DNA from: Amoebophrya sp. A120
Taxonomy: Eukaryota; Protista; Dinoflagellata
Assembly: GCA_905178155.1 (NCBI GenBank)
Contig: CAJINV010000002.1
Span: forward strand, 3,114,515 to 3,178,514
Direction of reading: 5' to 3'
Length of the DNA stretch: 64,000 nucleotides
Under the pieces are notes generated by a model, which was given only the letters and a program-made list of their open reading frames with translations, searched no databases and was not told the origin of the DNA. Numbering within the stretch: position 1 is the first letter of the stretch; every line of letters begins with the position of its first letter. The translations under genes were made by a program, and so were the position numbers. Below, piece after piece: positions 59,604 to 64,000 of the stretch.

Positions 59604-60354
59604 AGCTGGAAGAGTCGTTAACGAAATGGCCTCCGGTTTTCGTGCGGCTTTCGGTGAGGACCCTGGGCCCAACCCCTGTCCCTTCCTTGGCCCAACCCCT
59701 GCCCCTACCTGGGCCCAGCCCCTGCCCCTCCCTTGGCCCAACCCCTGCCCCTTCCTGGGCCCAACCCCTGCCCCTCCCTGGGCTCAACCCCTCCCCTGGG
59801 CCGCGCGCGGGGATGCCGGCCGGGAAGGCTTTTCGGCCTCCCCGAGGAGGCTATCCCGCGTGCCATGGTGGCCCGGAGGCTGCCCCAAAGCACCCCCCAT
59901 GTGGAAGATAGGGGGGGTCCAGCGGGTTTGCCGCGGGATTAGCAAGGCCACATCCTTTCGGAAAGCCTCCCCCGCGGCTATTTCGGTCGATTTCTGAAGC
60001 GCAAAAACGACCAACTTTCTAAACCCGCGGCCAAACCCGCTGGACCCACCCTATCTTCCACAAGGGGGCGCTTTGGGGCAGCCTCCGCGCCACCATAGCA
60101 TGCGGGATAGCCACCTCGGGTAGGCCGAAAAGCCCTCCCGGCCGGCCGGCGCCCCCGCGCGCGGCCCAGGGGCAGGGGCTGGGCCCAGGGGAAGGGGCTG
60201 GGCCCAGGGGCAGGGGTTGGGCCCAGGGAGGGGCAGGGGTCTGGCCCAGGAAGAGGCAGGGGTTGGGTCCCCTTGTTGGGGTCTCTGGGGGCGCTCTTTG
60301 CCAAACCCGCACGAAAACCCACCGGAAGGCTTCAAATTAACGACCCTTCCAGCT
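59604..60354. repeat. ~750-bp imperfect palindrome (foldback-like) with 23-bp tandem units in the arms
   Basis: Ends agctggaagagtcgttaa / ttaacgacccttccagct; unit gggcccaacccctgcccctccct at 59665, 59688, 59711, 59734, 59757, 59780 and reversed at about 60160-60270; inner arms 59919-59942/60019-60043. Confidence 0.88.
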
Positions 60355-61287
60355 CTAAGAGGAAGGAAATTCACTTTAGACCAGAATACAAGATACGCCA
60401 CTAGACTTAATCGAGATGTTGAAAGCAGAGTCACACATAGAGGCGGTCCTGTGCAGCTGGTCAGACATAAGTAGCGGTACTCATTTGTATTTTTCGATTT
60501 ACGGAGCGGGAGCGCGCGGAAAGATTCTCTAAAGTGCCAGAAGTTTCATCACAGCTTCATCTCTGAAAAGCGCATGTTTGTATAAGGGTTTTTCTGTCGT
60601 GACTCCGAGTTTTTTCTTTTTGTCAAGATTCATTACAGCTACTTCATCTTGTTGACCGAGCACTGCTTTCCCGAAGTCAACGTGATGCTTTTAAGGACTT
60701 TGAAACAATAGCGAGGCTGTAATCTAGTTGTGAAGTTCGATTTTTCTTCCGTCCACAAAAAACTCAGGACGTTGCGCCCACGTCTCTGATAAGATATAGT
60801 TTGAGAACGAAGATTTGTCAGTTAACGGAAAAATACAAAAAGACATTGATAGGCAGGAAGTCGACCTGCCGCGCAGCATCGACGGTTGGCGGCGCGGTTG
60901 TGTCCCTGTTATCGCTGTGCTTGCGTACTCATGTGCATGATAGCTCTCGGCAGAAATCGTCCATCACTCGTCTGCCTCACGCAATAATTGTGGTCTTCAA
61001 GACCGCGAAGAAGCAAAATGAACCGTCTTCGGACTCGTATCGTGTCATCGTGAACAAGAATGTGAAGAGAGCAATCAAGTTCTTGATGAGTGTCGTCTTG
61101 CTTCATCGCTCGTCTCGAATAAAAACCTGAAAAATTTGTTCATGTTTTGCGACGTCGTGTATCTTCAAAATCTTGTACTTGAGGTCTTCTTGTGGTTAGC
61201 AGGCTCATCCTTTGAATTGCGTTTTTGTTATGTTTTCGCTAAGATCACAACTCAATCTCAACGACACAAACCCGTCTTTACAACAAT

Positions 61288-63933
61288 ATGGAGTGCACCG
61301 TTTGCTTCCACCCCTACACGGAGACTGACCGTGCGCCAAAGATCCTCCAATGTGGCCACACCTATTGTTACCAATGTTGTTTGAACCTAGTGCAACAACG
61401 AGAAGAAACCGCGGGGCAGGACGAAGAAACGCCGGTGATCGTCTGTCCGATGTGCCGCACCCACAGTCTGATCACCCAAGTGAGGAACAACTACGCCTTG
61501 GCAGAAATTCTCGCCGCAAACGCCGAGCAAGCGGCGAAAGCAAATGCGGCGGGTGGAACAAGTCAGAAACAAAATGAAACCGACGGCGGTTCTGGTTCGT
61601 CTTCAGGTGGTCAACAGCAGCAGCTCCTTTTGCTACAACAGCAGAACCAACTACAGCCAAACAACACACTTCAAGACGCCACCTTCTGCACGGAGCATGT
61701 CAACGAGCAAGTCGACACCTTCTGCCTTACCTGCGAGAAGTTCATTTGCCGCTATTGCTACCAATCTTCCAATTCTTTCCACGGCAAGCACGACCGGTGC
61801 ACACCAGTGCAGCTCCGGGACCAATTATTAACCACTCTCTCTACGAAAATCCAAAAATTGGAACAAACCAGGCGGAAAAAAACTACCGCGTTGCAAAACT
61901 GGGAGGAAAAACAGGAGCAGTCCTACGAAATTTGCAAGCAGTCCGGGCTGTTTTACTTTGAGCAGTTGATGTTTGAAATCACAAAGCAACGGACAAAGTT
62001 TTTGCAGTTGATGCAAAACGCGTCGTCCGTGATGAACAGCAGATTACGGGAACAGCAGTTGTCGATTGATTTGCTGAGTGGGGACTATCACGAGATGGTG
62101 AGATTGGACCAGGAGTTGAAAAATGTCGTCATGCTGTCCTCTTCGGGGAGTGCAGGCCAAGGCGGTTCCAGCAGCTCTTCTTCTGCCAACGTGAACACCA
62201 ACATGCAGAATGAAGATCAGAAAGTGATCAAGGCGATTGGCAAATACCTGGAGCACCACATGCTTTTGCAGCAGCGGACGCAGAGCCGGGAGGTGAGCGG
62301 GCGGGATGTTGTGTACGGAGGTGCTAGTACAACAACTGCTGGAAGAATAAATGCCGTCGGAGTAGGTGGTCAAGTCAGCAGCACCCCGGGTTTCACCCTT
62401 CGAGACCTGCTGCATAGCAGTGAAGACGACATTAATCTCCAGGACCAAAACGAAAACTCAGCGGAAGACGATTTGAATCTCGCGAGCAGCATCGCGAGAC
62501 TCGGTTATCCGAGTTCTGGTTCGATGTTGAACGCGAGTCCGAGTAGAGGGGAAAACCAAACTTCATCAGCGATGCGCACCTCCACCTCCTCCGACCAACG
62601 GGAAAGATCCAGGAGACGGTCTAGTGGGGAGTTGGAGTTGCAACAACGGGAGACGACCGAGATGGCGATCTCGGATTTGAGCTTCGTCCCGCTGGTTCGA
62701 ATCCCGCTGGAGAACGACTTGTTCCGCGTGGATGAGCGCGAACAGCATGCGACTGGTGTGGTAAACCAGCGGCAGGGGCAGGTGTATCAGCAGCAAGTGC
62801 CTGGTACTACGCCGCAGCAACACGCTGGTCAAGTGTCGTCGCCATCGGTACAGGGAATTCAGCATCAGATTCAGCAGCAGCAGCAGCAACAAAGCCCGTC
62901 GTCCTTTCAACAACAGCAGCAGCAATTTTACCAGCAGCAGCAGCAGCAGCCTTCAAACATTCCCAGCAACACAAACTACACTTCCGCAGCGGCGGCTTTG
63001 AACAACCAACTCCGGAACATCACCGCCATGGGAACCTCCCCGACTTCCGCGCAACCCCCACCCGGCTCCGCATCCTCGTCTTCCTCCGGGTCCGGGCCGG
63101 TTGGCACTTTTCAACACCCCGCGAGCCGAACGGTGCCACCTCCGAGTCCCGGGACAATGCGCGGGGGGTATTTTACGGGGATAACAGGACCGAGCGGAGC
63201 ACCAGGTGGCTCCATTCAGAGTCAGCAATTTTTCGCAAATAGCAATACCAATCAGCAGCAGCAAAATGTCGGTGGTTTCGGAGGGGTTGTTGCACCAGGA
63301 GGAGGAAATATTAACAATAGCTACACCGGAATCAATATCGGTAGTTCTGCACCGGCCCCGGGTCCTTCGTTCCGCTACCCGGGATTGAACCCACCGGCGA
63401 GTAATTTGTTGAACGGCAATGACTATCCTGTGCAAAAGTATCGTACTCGTAGTGATTGCTGCTATGCATAACAAATCTCCTTTTTATAGGTAAAACAGCA
63501 TTACAAATTTCAGTTGTAGTGCTAAGCAAATTTGTAATGCAATTGCTACTAGTACGATGCTTTTGCAAGGCATAATGACAATGACATTAATTACACGGTG
63601 AATCAGCGGCTCTTCTCCGCTACCTACGGAACGGGGATCCGAGCAGGCGTGCCGCCCGGAACAACAACTGGAGTACTAGCGGGGAATATTAATCCCCTCG
63701 CCGTGACGAGAACCAACGCCACTGTCGAGTCTCAGTCGTTGTCCCAACAGTCCGGAAGTAGTTTTGGAGCTTTAGGTGGTGGTGTCGGGGCGGGAAATGA
63801 ACAAGATTTTCAGGCGGATAGCCCGAGCAGGAGACTGTCCTTTGCCAACATCGCAGCCTCGCCGTCGAGGTTTGGGAATCCGAATCAACAATTGAATGGT
63901 GGTGGTGTTGGGGATCAGCAGCAGTGGCGATAG
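61288..63933 (+). CDS. RING finger + B-box + coiled-coil (TRIM/RBCC-like) E3 ligase with Q-rich tail; one introner intron
   Basis: CTVC...CGHTYCYQC...CPMC (C3HC4); CTEH...FCLTCEKFICRYC...HGKH (B-box); removing 63424-63579 joins ORF 63598..63933. Confidence 0.9.
63424..63574. mobile_element. Introner family B
   Basis: TSD ATGAC. Confidence 0.93.
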
Positions 63934-64000
63934 AGAATGAACTACTGTTATCATGGCGCCCTTTTTGAAGCTTTGAACTTTTGCTTGTTTCTGTTTCTGC

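Noticed and set aside
11559-63474. Minus-strand ORFs overlapping the long + strand genes
   Set aside because: Antisense shadows of low-complexity coding sequence; no minus-strand gene could be supported.
1-64000. rRNA, tRNA, spliced-leader relic or autonomous transposase
   Set aside because: None recognised by eye; a covariance-model or HMM search would be needed to exclude them.

Overview
Eukaryotic nuclear DNA, most likely from a syndinian dinoflagellate of the Amoebophrya type. This assignment is an inference from the intron architecture and the one-directional gene order. All 11-12 recognisable genes lie on the + strand. The dominant signal is about 36 non-autonomous, MITE-like insertions of mostly 145-300 bp in at least 7 sequence families. 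Nearly all start TAT(C/G) and end (C/G)ATA, carry terminal inverted repeats (TIRs), and are flanked by 5-bp target-site duplications (TSDs). All lie inside genes. Removing the element plus one TSD copy restores the reading frame wherever the TSD is clear, so they behave as non-GT-AG introns (introner elements). The ordinary GT-AG introns look like decayed versions of the same elements. Genes reconstructed by hand: a multi-pass membrane protein, RNase Z, a Q-rich/Nudix-like/tandem eIF4B-type RRM protein, a PG-rich repeat (STPGR/SHIPPO-like) protein, an ATG8-like protein, a large EF-hand protein, a cytochrome c peroxidase-like protein with an altered distal pocket, a Lys-rich protein fusing H3-like and H4-like histone folds, a lipocalin-like protein, one or two large low-complexity proteins, and a RING/B-box protein. 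Three GC-rich intergenic islands occur, two with long inverted repeats. No transposase, rRNA, tRNA or CRISPR array was seen. All splice models are predictions without RNA data.
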